Source: Corallochytrium limacisporum Hawaii (Eukaryota > Protista > Pluriformea). Taken from it: a stretch of DNA of 64,000 nucleotides. The stretch lies in the NCBI GenBank assembly GCA_002811645.1, contig PDIP01000064.1, forward strand, positions 1 through 64,000. The letters are read 5' to 3'. A program made the position numbers and the translations under genes. Positions 21,208 to 31,660 of the stretch are shown in pieces. The number at the start of each line of letters is the position of its first letter. Position 1 is the first letter of the stretch. Under the pieces are notes generated by a model. It saw nothing but the letters and a program-made list of their open reading frames with translations, did not search any database and had not been told where the DNA came from.

Positions 21208-21708
21208 AGCATCCACTTAGCAGCATTTTTTCAATTCATCATAACGTTTTCAGCATCAAGCTTTTTCACAGACAATGTAAAACTTTCATCTTTTGCACAA
21301 ATGCGTTACCATCCAAGCGGCATGTTGATACTGTCACAATACACTTTGCAATGAACTTTCTGACCCCAGATCCTGTGCGTCCCAATAGTTCCCAGCGCTC
21401 CCCGTCCCTCTCTCTTGCTGCTGCCCCACCGTTGCGCGCGCGAAAAATTCAACCGCACCGACCCCGACCAGTGCCTGAGACCCCCTTGCAAATTCTTTTT
21501 CCGGCACCGGAAGACGAAGAGGGAGTCTCATGAACTCATGAAGGTGTGTCCTTCAGGCACGGGTCCGACTATTTCAATGAGTAGTTCCAGTTCGAACATG
21601 CGCCATGGTGTATCTTGGCTCAGAGGCTTTGCCTTGGTGCAGAACATTGGTGAAGTTCCTCGACGATCTATGGGACAGTGTGCGATATGTGAGGTCCGGA
21701 ACTGAATC

Positions 21709-23517
21709 ATGGTGAACAGAGTAACCATATCAAAAGGCAACCACAGGGCAGGGCCTTATCGAACGAGCATGAAATCAAGTGCTAAATCCGGTGTCTACCC
21801 GGATTATTCAGAACTTGATGATGACGATTTGGACGATTCGATAGATGCGATGCTTTCGGACGAAGACCACGAAAAATTCGCCAAAGAACTTTCACCGCTG
21901 CGACCGCGACGCCGAAGACCATTGAAAGGAATGACTTCTGGACGCGACATTGTTGCTGAGGCACGAGCCAGCGATAAGGAGAATAATGTTTTCACTTTCT
22001 GTTCAGAAGAAGATTCAGACGATGACATATTGAACCCAAAGGCGGTGCAGAGAGCATTGGGTCAGCCTACCCGTAACTCCACAAAATGCGACAGGCCACG
22101 AGTAAACTCCGCGTTAAAAGACCGGACAAACCTGGAAGTCATGAAAACAGAACGCCAAACGAGCTTGGGGTCACATCGCCGGCGGGTCGTTAAAGACAAA
22201 TCCGTGGATGAGCTTGAACTCGTGGAACCTCCAGTCAGCCAGATCAGCGATGTAACAAAGCGGGACTCTCTACTAGATCCCTTCTCTCAACAAAAATCCA
22301 ACACAGATATCAAGCTTTCCCGGAAGGTTTCGCACACACCAGCGACAAAAAGGCCTGTCTCCAAAACCAGAGAACTCAGAATGCCTGGAGTGAAGAAATC
22401 AAGACTGACCGGCCGGCTGCTACAGACATCTTCGTCGGAGATTGAGGATGAAGGACCGGAAATGAACACGCAGCAGTCGATTCTAGCAGTTTCGCCGTCC
22501 ACGACCAGCAAGCCCACCTTTAGCAGCGATGCTGTGGCCACTAACCCGGTCGGAAGCGCTCACAGGGTGGTTAAGCGAATCCTGCTCTCCGATGACGAGT
22601 TTGAGGATCAGACTAATTCCCATACTGACATGGCTAAGTTACGAGAAGGCCTGACTGATAGCAGTAGCAGAAAGCCAACGCGTATGCCAACTCAGGCGTC
22701 CTCGGACCAACCACCTCTCAATTCCACAGCATTGCTGGCTTTGCACAACTCTTACGTAGACGGACCAAGCCGTATCGTCACGGAAAGGCATCCGGTGAGC
22801 CGTTCGCCGGTTGTGAAAATTGTGGGCAAGGGAAGAAGCCACAATAAGTCAGCCGCACATTCCACAGGGGATGTCCTGATGGAGGTTTTTACGCGGATGA
22901 TGACGACGGCCAATGCTGCCCCAGTCTGCTGTACGAACCCTTCTTTCATCAGTATCTCCGGGGCGCGACTTGTGGTCGCGCACGCAACCGCGGCCGAAAG
23001 TATCCTGACCGCCGCTCACAAATCGACGTCGTCGTCGTCCGGCAGTACAGACTCATCCGTTTCGGAAGCACCGCGCTTCCCCCTTCCACGCGTGCTACTT
23101 GCACCGAACCGCTACAGTCTAAACCAGGCCCAGGCCCTTGAGCAGTGGAATCCTGAGCTGTTCGCTTCTCTTGTGCCCGCGGAGAGCCAGGCTGAGCTGC
23201 GGGACAGACTGTATGCCATGCCGGTCGGGGAAGACGCGGCCAGCATCCCCGCGGACAGTGCAATACAAGACTGCTGGGCGGCCGCCCCGGACCGATCAGA
23301 GCCGTGGTTGTCGGCCTACATTACAAGAACTACGATTGCGTCCGCCAAACGGCGGCTGGGGCACACTTCACAAATCATCTGGCAGGTAACGCACACAGGC
23401 ATTGGTGCCTTTGTCTGCAATCTACCGCTTGGCAGCAAAGAAGATCATGTCCTTGTCTGGCTGCCCGACGACCTGGACGAGCAGTTACGTGTTGCCACAC
23501 CTACCGATGGCGAATAA
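21709..23517 (+). CDS. Hypothetical protein: disordered N-terminal two thirds, probable folded C-terminus
   Basis: 602-aa uninterrupted ORF converging on AFG1L; AATAAA overlaps the stop; family not recognised. Confidence 0.75.
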   Translation: MVNRVTISKGNHRAGPYRTSMKSSAKSGVYPDYSELDDDDLDDSIDAMLSDEDHEKFAKELSPLRPRRRRPLKGMTSGRDIVAEARASDKENNVFTFCSEEDSDDDILNPKAVQRALGQPTRNSTKCDRPRVNSALKDRTNLEVMKTERQTSLGSHRRRVVKDKSVDELELVEPPVSQISDVTKRDSLLDPFSQQKSNTDIKLSRKVSHTPATKRPVSKTRELRMPGVKKSRLTGRLLQTSSSEIEDEGPEMNTQQSILAVSPSTTSKPTFSSDAVATNPVGSAHRVVKRILLSDDEFEDQTNSHTDMAKLREGLTDSSSRKPTRMPTQASSDQPPLNSTALLALHNSYVDGPSRIVTERHPVSRSPVVKIVGKGRSHNKSAAHSTGDVLMEVFTRMMTTANAAPVCCTNPSFISISGARLVVAHATAAESILTAAHKSTSSSSGSTDSSVSEAPRFPLPRVLLAPNRYSLNQAQALEQWNPELFASLVPAESQAELRDRLYAMPVGEDAASIPADSAIQDCWAAAPDRSEPWLSAYITRTTIASAKRRLGHTSQIIWQVTHTGIGAFVCNLPLGSKEDHVLVWLPDDLDEQLRVATPTDGE

Positions 23518-23642
23518 AATGTTTACATAGTGCTGTTCTATTTGAAGGTTTACATTGGAAGAGAAGGGAAATTTTAGGTTTAGTCGAACCTAACCATTCC
23601 AGATCTTCCATTTTTCATACTTAGGTGAAGGGGATATCTGTT

Positions 23643-25151
23643 TCAGTTGTTACTCATGGCCATGGCCGTCTTCCAGTATTTCTCTGTCTGCATTTCCACG
23701 AGACGACTAACACAGCGCTGGAAGGCGAAGACCTCATCCTCGCCAGTGAAGATGCTGGCCTTAGAGGCGTTTTCCTCGTTGAGCTTCAGGTCGTCCATGA
23801 GCAAACGGCTACCATCGTCCAGGGCCTGATGGCTTGCGTCCAAAAGTTCCCCCTTGAACAATTCCCTGGGATCCGTCTCTGCAGCAAAAATGCACCGCGT
23901 TCGGGTGTCATACATCGAATCAATGAATGTGATAAACCGACGGGCTTGATCTCTTTGTGCCATAGTCAGTTTAGGCACATTGTTCACCATGACCACATCG
24001 TAGTTCTTTGTGATCTCCAGATAGTCACCAGCGTACAGTGGTTGGTTGCACAGATCTCCAAAGTCAAAAATGGCAACTCGAGAAGCCTGCTTCGGGATCT
24101 TCAGGATCCGGCCCATAATCGTTAGTTTATCCGACTCTGCATCTTGGAATTCCACACCTGTCAGGCTCTCGAACTGTTCCCTCATGGTCTGCTGAGTTTC
24201 GTCGCACAGAGGAGTCAGAAACGTGCCCGCAGACGGCTGCTCAACCTTTCGATAATCCATACCAGAGTCGAGGTTGATAATCTCGCATCGGTCTTTGAGC
24301 AGGTGAATGAAAGGCACAAAATGTTGCCGTTGCAGACCACCCTGGTACAGATCTTCCGGATGCCTGTTGGAAGTTGCCACCATTACAACACCCTGATTGA
24401 ACAATCCTTCAAAGAGACGCCTGAGAATCATCGCATCCGCCACGTCGGTGACCTGGAATTCGTCAAAACAGAGCAGCCAGGTTTCGTTTGCAATCTGGTT
24501 CGCAACTGGTGGAATCGGGTCATAAGACGCTAGATCCTCCCCTGAGGCGGCTGCCTTTTGCTTCCAAACGTGCACCCGCGCGTGGACGTCCAGCATAAAT
24601 GCGTGAAAATGAACTCTCCGTTTTCTCTTAACTGGCACCTGTGCGTAGAGGAGATCCATGAGCATGGTCTTCCCCGATCCAACATCTCCGTAGAGGTACA
24701 GTCCTTTGATATGGGACTCGTCCTCGTCCGTGGTCGCACTACTAAAGGCGGACAGAATGGAGCCAAACAATCCTCCGTCCTTGCTAGATCCTACATCTGG
24801 CATAGTTTTCTGGTCCTGGTGACTCATCAACTCCTCATGCAAATCCTGTAGACGTTGTACAATCTGTTTCTGGTGATCATCTACCCGCAGCAGGCCACCT
24901 TCGACATGGGACTTGTATGTCCAGAACGGTCCGCCTTTTTCTACTTCAACGGTTTCCTCTTCGACCGGTTTCTTCCCGCGTACGCGCCCAGCATCATCCC
25001 CCATGCCACCCAGGGGCTGATCGACGTAGCTCCGCCGAGCTAACCAGTGGTTAATTCTGGGAAGAGACGACCGTACTGGGAGTCTGCTCTGTGCACTGGC
25101 ACGCGACGCAGAGGCCAAAACGCGGGAGCCCGCGAGCCGGATGCCCAACAT
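23643..25151 (-). CDS. AFG1L: AFG1/LACE1/ZapE-like mitochondrial ATPase
   Basis: Walker [17 protein letters not shown], Walker [39 protein letters not shown]; Arg-rich presequence. Confidence 0.95.
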   Translation of the reverse strand: MLGIRLAGSRVLASASRASAQSRLPVRSSLPRINHWLARRSYVDQPLGGMGDDAGRVRGKKPVEEETVEVEKGGPFWTYKSHVEGGLLRVDDHQKQIVQRLQDLHEELMSHQDQKTMPDVGSSKDGGLFGSILSAFSSATTDEDESHIKGLYLYGDVGSGKTMLMDLLYAQVPVKRKRRVHFHAFMLDVHARVHVWKQKAAASGEDLASYDPIPPVANQIANETWLLCFDEFQVTDVADAMILRRLFEGLFNQGVVMVATSNRHPEDLYQGGLQRQHFVPFIHLLKDRCEIINLDSGMDYRKVEQPSAGTFLTPLCDETQQTMREQFESLTGVEFQDAESDKLTIMGRILKIPKQASRVAIFDFGDLCNQPLYAGDYLEITKNYDVVMVNNVPKLTMAQRDQARRFITFIDSMYDTRTRCIFAAETDPRELFKGELLDASHQALDDGSRLLMDDLKLNEENASKASIFTGEDEVFAFQRCVSRLVEMQTEKYWKTAMAMSNN

Positions 25152-25574
25152 TTATGCTATCTATCGCTTTATAATTCTAGTCCAGGTGCGTACCCTAGTT
25201 TGAGGTCATTAACTATACACCATCACGGAAATGTACTTCACTTTCCACGCTAAACTATTACTATCCCCTTGTCACCTCCTCACATATCAACCACACCCGG
25301 TTCCCACTCTGAAATAAGTTATAGTGTACACCTGCATCATGATCCTTAGTCCTGCCTTCTTGGCTAGATTGTGGCCCTAGGGCATCCGTGGTGGTTCACC
25401 TAGAGTCAGCTGTTCATGCAACAGTGGGACAGGGTACGGTCTGCTCCCGCAAATGTCACGCCCCGTGGCGTGTCCCTCCTGCGTTTCTATTCCGGTCGCT
25501 TTGCGGCCTTCCCCTTCCCCCCCCACCCAAACAAAAAGAACGGACGGCAGTGGTTCACCCCGCATCAGAGGACC

Positions 25575-25609
25575 CGCCACCCCCCCCCCGGGGGGGGGAG
25601 GGGGTGGCG
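25575..25609. promoter_or_regulatory. C-run/G-run inverted repeat at the centre of the AFG1L/formin divergent intergenic region (example of a recurrent element)
   Basis: CGCCA-C10-G9-A-G5-TGGCG with 10-bp complementary outer arms; the regulatory role is inferred from position only. Confidence 0.45.
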
Positions 25610-26107
25610 CCGTGAAATTAGGCCCCCGTTGGAAACGGGAAGGATTGTCGCTGTTGGTAAGGGAGGTGTTTGGTCTCCCCTTTGGGCCCCGGCCCCCCTC
25701 CCTCGGAAGTCCCGGGGGGTGGTGGGCGGGCTCATGATAATTGCTGGTGTAGGGGTCTCATTGGTGTGAAAGGGCAGCGAATCGCCAAGGGGGATACGTG
25801 CTTTGGGTTATTGCACCGTAGGAAATATATTGAACAAAATTTTGAGAAGGGCCGGGGAGTTAACCTTAATGGCAATGGCGGGCGGGTGTCTGTGATATGA
25901 ATGGGGCGGTTATTGCTACGTGCTATATCTATTTCAGTCAAACTGGCTGAGGTACCCGTGGTATTGATCCTGTAACTGTAAAGCTGACCTTGTGGATAGG
26001 CCTGCATATAGATAACATGGAGAATAATGACATAGGCGGCTAATAGTCCAGCGTCCACACACACGGGACGTGGAACATACACAGAAAGTACATGGTCTTC
26101 GCACAGG

Positions 26108-29100
26108 ATGGATCTCATTAGGAACTCTCCCAGCCCGGAGGCAAAGCGCTCGCGCGCATTGCGGCACCTGGACCTGTCGCAGATCACGGAGAATCTTTGG
26201 GTTATGGGAAAGCCATGGCAGTACCGAACAGATATCCAGGGTCACTTGAACAACATAGACCAGTTGGTTAAAACCCTTTCTACGTTTGGGTCTAAAGACC
26301 GCCCCTTAGAGAGATTCATGGTCTTCAATCTCTGCAAGCGGGAAGTAAACTATGATTTGGGTCATTTTGACCACCAGGTCTGCGAATTAGACCTCCCTGT
26401 GCCAATGCCTGTTGAGAAGAGTGGGGCGCGGCATCATGGAATTGGCATCAATCATTTGTTCGATGCTACGAATGCAATACAGGGTTGGGTTGCTCTGAGA
26501 CGCGGAAATATTGCCATCGTACACTGTACTGATGGTTTAGTACGCTCTGGTTTGGTTGCCTGTTGTTACCTCAAACGCTTCGGAGGACCAGGGTATGACA
26601 CATATCTCGATGCTTACGAACAGTTTAGCCGGGCACGATGTCCAGAGTTTCCCAATCTGAAAGAGCTTTTCCGGTATCCTTCCCTGCAACGACTGTTGGA
26701 GAACTTTAGTGCTATGGTTGACCTCGGAGGGAAACCCTTCATCAATATGAAGCCGCATCGACTGCGGATTGTTTTCCCGGAGTCGGTCTTGAATCGGGCG
26801 CGGTACTACGGTTTGGAGGGTGAGATGCCTGACCAGCTGAGGGACAATCCGGCCGATTTGGGGGGCCCGCCAGCCACACCCCTGGACGACGGTGAGGGTG
26901 GCGATGACGAAGGTTTGGGCATAGAAGACGACGACGGTGCCATGTTCCTGTCGTTGCAGGTCTATGAGGGATCGAAGCAGGCGTGGAATTCGGACTATGC
27001 CATGAACTCATCGGCCATTAAAGGTTCAGCACAAGATCCGCGTTTGTTCGACGTGGAAGTACCGGTCAGTGGAGACATTGTCATTCGCTTGGTGGGCAAG
27101 ACATTGGAAAGTAATCAGACTCTGTTTCGGTTCCCGTACCACACCGGCTTCCTGACACCAGGTGGAGCCTATGAGTTTCCTTTGACCATGCTGGACATTC
27201 CGAAGTACACACGGCAGTCAGGGACGCTAAATCCGGACATGAGGCTGCAATTGATAATTTCTGAGCCTATGCCCCACGAATTGGAACGGATAAAAGGCCC
27301 AAGGGTACCTTCGGTGGCGCCCGAGCTCAGTGAAATGATCACCATGTTGAGCTACTACCATATTGTCAAGGCATCTGCCCAACAGTTGGGCATCCTGGAG
27401 GCACAGGGCTACCCTACGTACATTGCTCGTTTGGCTCTGCAGAGGTCAAACAATGAACCAATGCAATCACACGAACTATGTGAAATGCTCATGTTACCGC
27501 CGGATCAACAGCCTTTGGTTGAGAACCTTCCAGAGGGAGGTATGGAAATGTTTGAGTCGTCCCGTAGTATGCCGTCACTGCTTGGGCGGGCGCGAGGGCA
27601 CAAGAGCAGTCCATCGGTCGGCGATGAAACTTACGGTCGGGATCGCATGCTGGAAAGGGGCCTCAAGGCCCTGAAGAAATCACAAACGTCCCTTCGCAGG
27701 CGCAGTCGCAGTCGAAGCCGTTCTCTGGAAACGACAACACTGCCGGGCGCTGATGAGGTCATTGAAGAGGACATTGTAGTGCGATTCGATAAGAAGAAAG
27801 GCATCCAGGTCTGTGACCATGGCACAAATCCCATTTTTGACGTCAAAACCATTGTCGAGACTGGAGGAGGCCGTGGGGCCCTAAGTGTGGAGGACACCGC
27901 ATCGCCACTGGCCACGTCTTGGGGGCGTCCTGGTGATGGTACTGACGGACGCAAACCACCGTTGGTGCCTCTGTCGCCGTTGCAGCAACTGAAGGCACCA
28001 GATACAGCTGATGGACTGTCTTCCACTGCGCCGCAGCCGCCGCCGCCCCCCGCGGGAGTGCCACCGCCGCCTCCCCCTCCACCACCGCCTCCCGGGGGCA
28101 TGGGAGGCCCACCACCACCGCCGCCGCCGCCGCCGCCAGGAGGCGGTCCACCTCCTCCTCCTGGCATGCCAGGTATGGCCGCACCGCGAAAGCTGCCTGA
28201 TAAGGTCATGCGTACCAAACTGCATTGGACTCGCATTCCAGACCACAAGATCAAAGGTACCCTCTGGGAGGATCTGAGCCAGGAACTAGAGAAGATCGAA
28301 GAGATAATCGGCAAAGCTGAGGACGAGGAGAAACGTAAGAAACAAAGAACGACTAAGACTAGCGCGGACGGGAAGACTCAGTCGCCCGCTGACGAAGCAG
28401 ACAAACCATTAAGGGATGTCGGAGAACTCGAGAAGGAAAAAGAAAACAAAGACAAGGATGTTGGGGCCGCAGGCGACCATGACGATGACCTGCCGATGTT
28501 TGACCTTTCCTCCTTCGAGACATCGTTTTGTGAAGATCGCAATGCGCCGAAAGGCAAGCTTGGCAAATTAAGGGCCACTGGCAGTGGTGTCGGGGCAAAG
28601 AAGGGCGCTACTTCGTTCCTGGACGTGCGTCGAGCGAACAACATTTCCATTGCCATGACCCGCTTTGAAAAGAAGTGTGACGTGGAGCAAATCCGTGACG
28701 GACTGCTGAAACAGGACCAGAATCTGTTCTCTTTTGATGATCTGCAAGCTCTCATCAAGGTCATGCCAAATGAAGAGGAGTACAAAGCCTACAGCTTTAC
28801 AGAAGCAGCCAAAGCACGTCGCAGTGGCAACAAGCACCACAAGTCCGTACAAGATCTGGCCAAGTCTGAACAGTTTGTGGCAGTCATGGCAGACTACGGA
28901 GATATCCTTGACATGACAGCCGTAGTAGAGACCTTCATCTTCCGCATGGAGTTCGACGCAGACATCAAATCCCTCATCAATCGCATTGGCACCGTCAAGA
29001 CCGCGTGTGAACAGATCCAGGAGTCAGAAAAATTGCGATCCATTCTCAAGTACCTGCTCCGCCTAGGAAACCTGGCCAGTAACATTTACACCCTCCGTCC

Positions 29101-29725
29101 GGCCCGGAAGGCGCGTGGCGTGAACGTTGCCAGCTTTTCTAAATTCAAGGACGTCCGTGGCCACTCGCGCGAGATGAATTTGCAGCGGTTCCTGCTGGAA
29201 ACAATCGCGACATACCAACCGACTCTGTTTAGCGTCGTAGATGAACTTAGTATGGTCGGCGCAGCCCGTGATATAGACATCAAACAGATCGATGCAGATA
29301 TCATCCGCGTAAAGCAGAGCCTAGACCGCATCGATCGACTGGTTCGTGACCTTGACCGGGAGATCATAGATAATCAAGAACGCGTTCCTGACACGGTGAA
29401 AGCTTTCTTTGAGAAGATCTCCGACTTTGCTGAGCATTGCCGAGAGGTTCTAAACGAATCCAGCATGTCCTACAGCACAATGCTGAAAGCTTGTGATGCG
29501 ACAATGTCCATGTTCGGGGATGATCCAAGTCAGGGTGCCGACTCCTTCTTAAACAATTTCTGGACATTCCTATCAAGTTTCGAGGATCAATCTTTCCTGG
29601 AACGTGCTGAGAAGAAACAGCGGGAACTAACGACATCGAAAGAGGACTCGCCCTTGGCAGCTGTAGACGCACAGCCGACCGAGAACAGCCAACACACGAA
29701 CGGCGAGGCCAAATCTGGTGGATGA
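26108..29725 (+). CDS. Formin with PTEN-like phosphatase, C2, UBA-like, FH1 and FH2 domains
   Basis: LDLSQITENLWVMG, FMVFNLC and HCTDGLVRSG (PTEN-like); VSGDIVI..LFRFPYHTGFL (tensin-type C2); polyproline FH1 at about 28030-28170; FH2 KLHWTRI, LDVRRANNISI, LLRLGN. Confidence 0.92.
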   Translation: MDLIRNSPSPEAKRSRALRHLDLSQITENLWVMGKPWQYRTDIQGHLNNIDQLVKTLSTFGSKDRPLERFMVFNLCKREVNYDLGHFDHQVCELDLPVPMPVEKSGARHHGIGINHLFDATNAIQGWVALRRGNIAIVHCTDGLVRSGLVACCYLKRFGGPGYDTYLDAYEQFSRARCPEFPNLKELFRYPSLQRLLENFSAMVDLGGKPFINMKPHRLRIVFPESVLNRARYYGLEGEMPDQLRDNPADLGGPPATPLDDGEGGDDEGLGIEDDDGAMFLSLQVYEGSKQAWNSDYAMNSSAIKGSAQDPRLFDVEVPVSGDIVIRLVGKTLESNQTLFRFPYHTGFLTPGGAYEFPLTMLDIPKYTRQSGTLNPDMRLQLIISEPMPHELERIKGPRVPSVAPELSEMITMLSYYHIVKASAQQLGILEAQGYPTYIARLALQRSNNEPMQSHELCEMLMLPPDQQPLVENLPEGGMEMFESSRSMPSLLGRARGHKSSPSVGDETYGRDRMLERGLKALKKSQTSLRRRSRSRSRSLETTTLPGADEVIEEDIVVRFDKKKGIQVCDHGTNPIFDVKTIVETGGGRGALSVEDTASPLATSWGRPGDGTDGRKPPLVPLSPLQQLKAPDTADGLSSTAPQPPPPPAGVPPPPPPPPPPPGGMGGPPPPPPPPPPGGGPPPPPGMPGMAAPRKLPDKVMRTKLHWTRIPDHKIKGTLWEDLSQELEKIEEIIGKAEDEEKRKKQRTTKTSADGKTQSPADEADKPLRDVGELEKEKENKDKDVGAAGDHDDDLPMFDLSSFETSFCEDRNAPKGKLGKLRATGSGVGAKKGATSFLDVRRANNISIAMTRFEKKCDVEQIRDGLLKQDQNLFSFDDLQALIKVMPNEEEYKAYSFTEAAKARRSGNKHHKSVQDLAKSEQFVAVMADYGDILDMTAVVETFIFRMEFDADIKSLINRIGTVKTACEQIQESEKLRSILKYLLRLGNLASNIYTLRPARKARGVNVASFSKFKDVRGHSREMNLQRFLLETIATYQPTLFSVVDELSMVGAARDIDIKQIDADIIRVKQSLDRIDRLVRDLDREIIDNQERVPDTVKAFFEKISDFAEHCREVLNESSMSYSTMLKACDATMSMFGDDPSQGADSFLNNFWTFLSSFEDQSFLERAEKKQRELTTSKEDSPLAAVDAQPTENSQHTNGEAKSGG

Positions 29726-29979
29726 AGAGCGACAACTGTTTTGAACAGGCGCCTCCTGAGTGAGTACTCCTTTTAAAAATGCGACATAAATGAAGACAAA
29801 CAAAAGTCCACAGGAGTTTTATTTCTATCTTTGTGTGGATAGCGGATGAGCCCTTGGTTTCCAGAACATGGAGCAATCTTCCATAGTTTATCCGCTGGTT
29901 CCAATGATGGTTGAATCTAAATAGGCAATATGTTGTTGTAAGTGAGGTCGTTGTTTTGATGATCCATTTTATAAATCAT

Positions 29980-30306
29980 TTACTCTTCAGAAGACTCCAG
30001 AGCAGCGACCAACTTCGTCGAGTTGGCAACGTGGTCCTTATTGTAGACAACATCGTACCGATTCATCTCATCACATTTGGCCCGCTGCTTCTCTACCCGA
30101 TCCCGAATCTCCTTGCAGGCATCAAAGTGGTTCACACCCTCACGGAAGTAGCACTGACGAAGACGCTCCTGCAGGATCTTGTGCATCTCTTCTTGCACAC
30201 GACGTTCCCGGATCATGGCTTCCTTAACTTCCAGGACAGAGGCGAGGTCCTTGGGGTCGACTTCGTCCGTGGACTTAGGTTTCGGATATTTATGATCAAA
30301 AGCCAT
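29980..30306 (-). CDS. NDUFB10: Complex I accessory subunit NDUFB10 (PDSW)
   Basis: KILQERLRQCYFREGVNHFDACKE signature; ATG at 30306 in aaacaATGG context. Confidence 0.85.
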   Translation of the reverse strand: MAFDHKYPKPKSTDEVDPKDLASVLEVKEAMIRERRVQEEMHKILQERLRQCYFREGVNHFDACKEIRDRVEKQRAKCDEMNRYDVVYNKDHVANSTKLVAALESSEE

Positions 30307-31660
30307 TGTTTGCTTTATCTGTAACCTGAGAAAAACCTTTTTTGGAAGCCAAAAATAACCCAAAGATCTAATAATTGGAGTTATAAATTTCTCGACTATG
30401 TACTCCGCCGTAGCTATGTGTTTCCTTTGCCCGTTACCTCCAGGATGTGAAGCAGGTTGTGGTTTCACTGTTCTGATGTAGTACTCTTCAAGGACAAGCG
30501 TATGTTGATTTCTTTTCAACCTGATTTACCTGCTGCGCCAACGCTGATAGGTATATGGTGTTGGAAACCCAAGACCCATACCATCCCCGGTCGAAATCGC
30601 AAGCTCCAAACATCTCCATGCCCAATCACTGCGTCCGACGCACGCGCAGGAACGCTTGCCCAGTGTACCAGTTTTCGCTGACTTTCGCATCTGTGGCCCT
30701 GCAAGACTGGAATTTGTGTGTGTGTATGTGTGTGTGTGTTGCGGTGGACACAAGGGTTTCACTAAGGTCAACGAGGAAGGAACGGTTTGGGAAGAAACAT
30801 AACACAGTGGAAGAAGCCGGACTTGTATTGTGGTGGAAACCGAAGCAGTGGCTCACGGCGAGCACACTGGTGGCGGTACATTTTCTATCTCGGCCCCCCC
30901 CTATCAAAGCAAGGGGCCGCGCCTCCCGCTGGGGCGCTGGCTGTTTCTGGTTCGAACCCCTACCCACGTACACTGCGGGGAGCACACACACACCCCCCTC
31001 CCCCACACACGGGCTTCCATTGCCCATCCCCCTGGTTCTCCAGCCCAGTTCCCCTGCCCCCAAAACCCTACCAAGGGCTTTTTCCTCTGCTTTCCCTTTT
31101 CTTTTTTTTTGTTTATGAAAGAAGCTTTGGACGGGCGACCGGGCTAAATCAAAGGGAGCGGGAAGGGCGCTGAAGCGTGGCGAACTGATTCGCGAAATAT
31201 TCACGGGCCTACCCCAGGGGGGACTTTGTTGGGTTACGGGGAGACCCGAGGCGTGTTTCCACCGCACGCTTAGTATGGCGCTGGCCCTGCACTTCCCGCC
31301 CAAAGTTCAAATTAAATAGGCCCCCGTTGGTATTCAGGGCGACTGGGGCCCCAGCTCCGCGTTCGGAACACAAACCCGGAAGGCATCGTCGGGGGGCATT
31401 GAGACCAAAGAAAGGGGCGGTCTCACGGGCTCATTGCCTCAGCTATTTTCGGGCGACGGCCTGCTTGAAGTGTTCTCTGATAGTCCTTTCGACGCGGTCG
31501 TGTTTCATAATGCTGCAACCTGGGTTGATCACAATACGAAGAACACGAAGAGACGCTGCGGACACACAACAGCTCCGACTTCTGCCACATAACCATGTAC
31601 TACCAGGACAACCAAAGCGCGACCTAGGCTTAAAGAAAACCTGTTTTATCACTTAAAATT

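Noticed and set aside
30326-30529. Possible 5' UTR intron in NDUFB10 (minus strand) and the longer 179-aa ORF
   Set aside because: The acceptor looks plausible but the donor and branch site are ambiguous; the ORF extension starts at a non-ATG codon
30949-30960. Perfect Pol III B-box GGTTCGAACCCC (a similar one lies near 35406)
   Set aside because: No T-stem, cloverleaf or A-box, so not a tRNA; at most an isolated TFIIIC site
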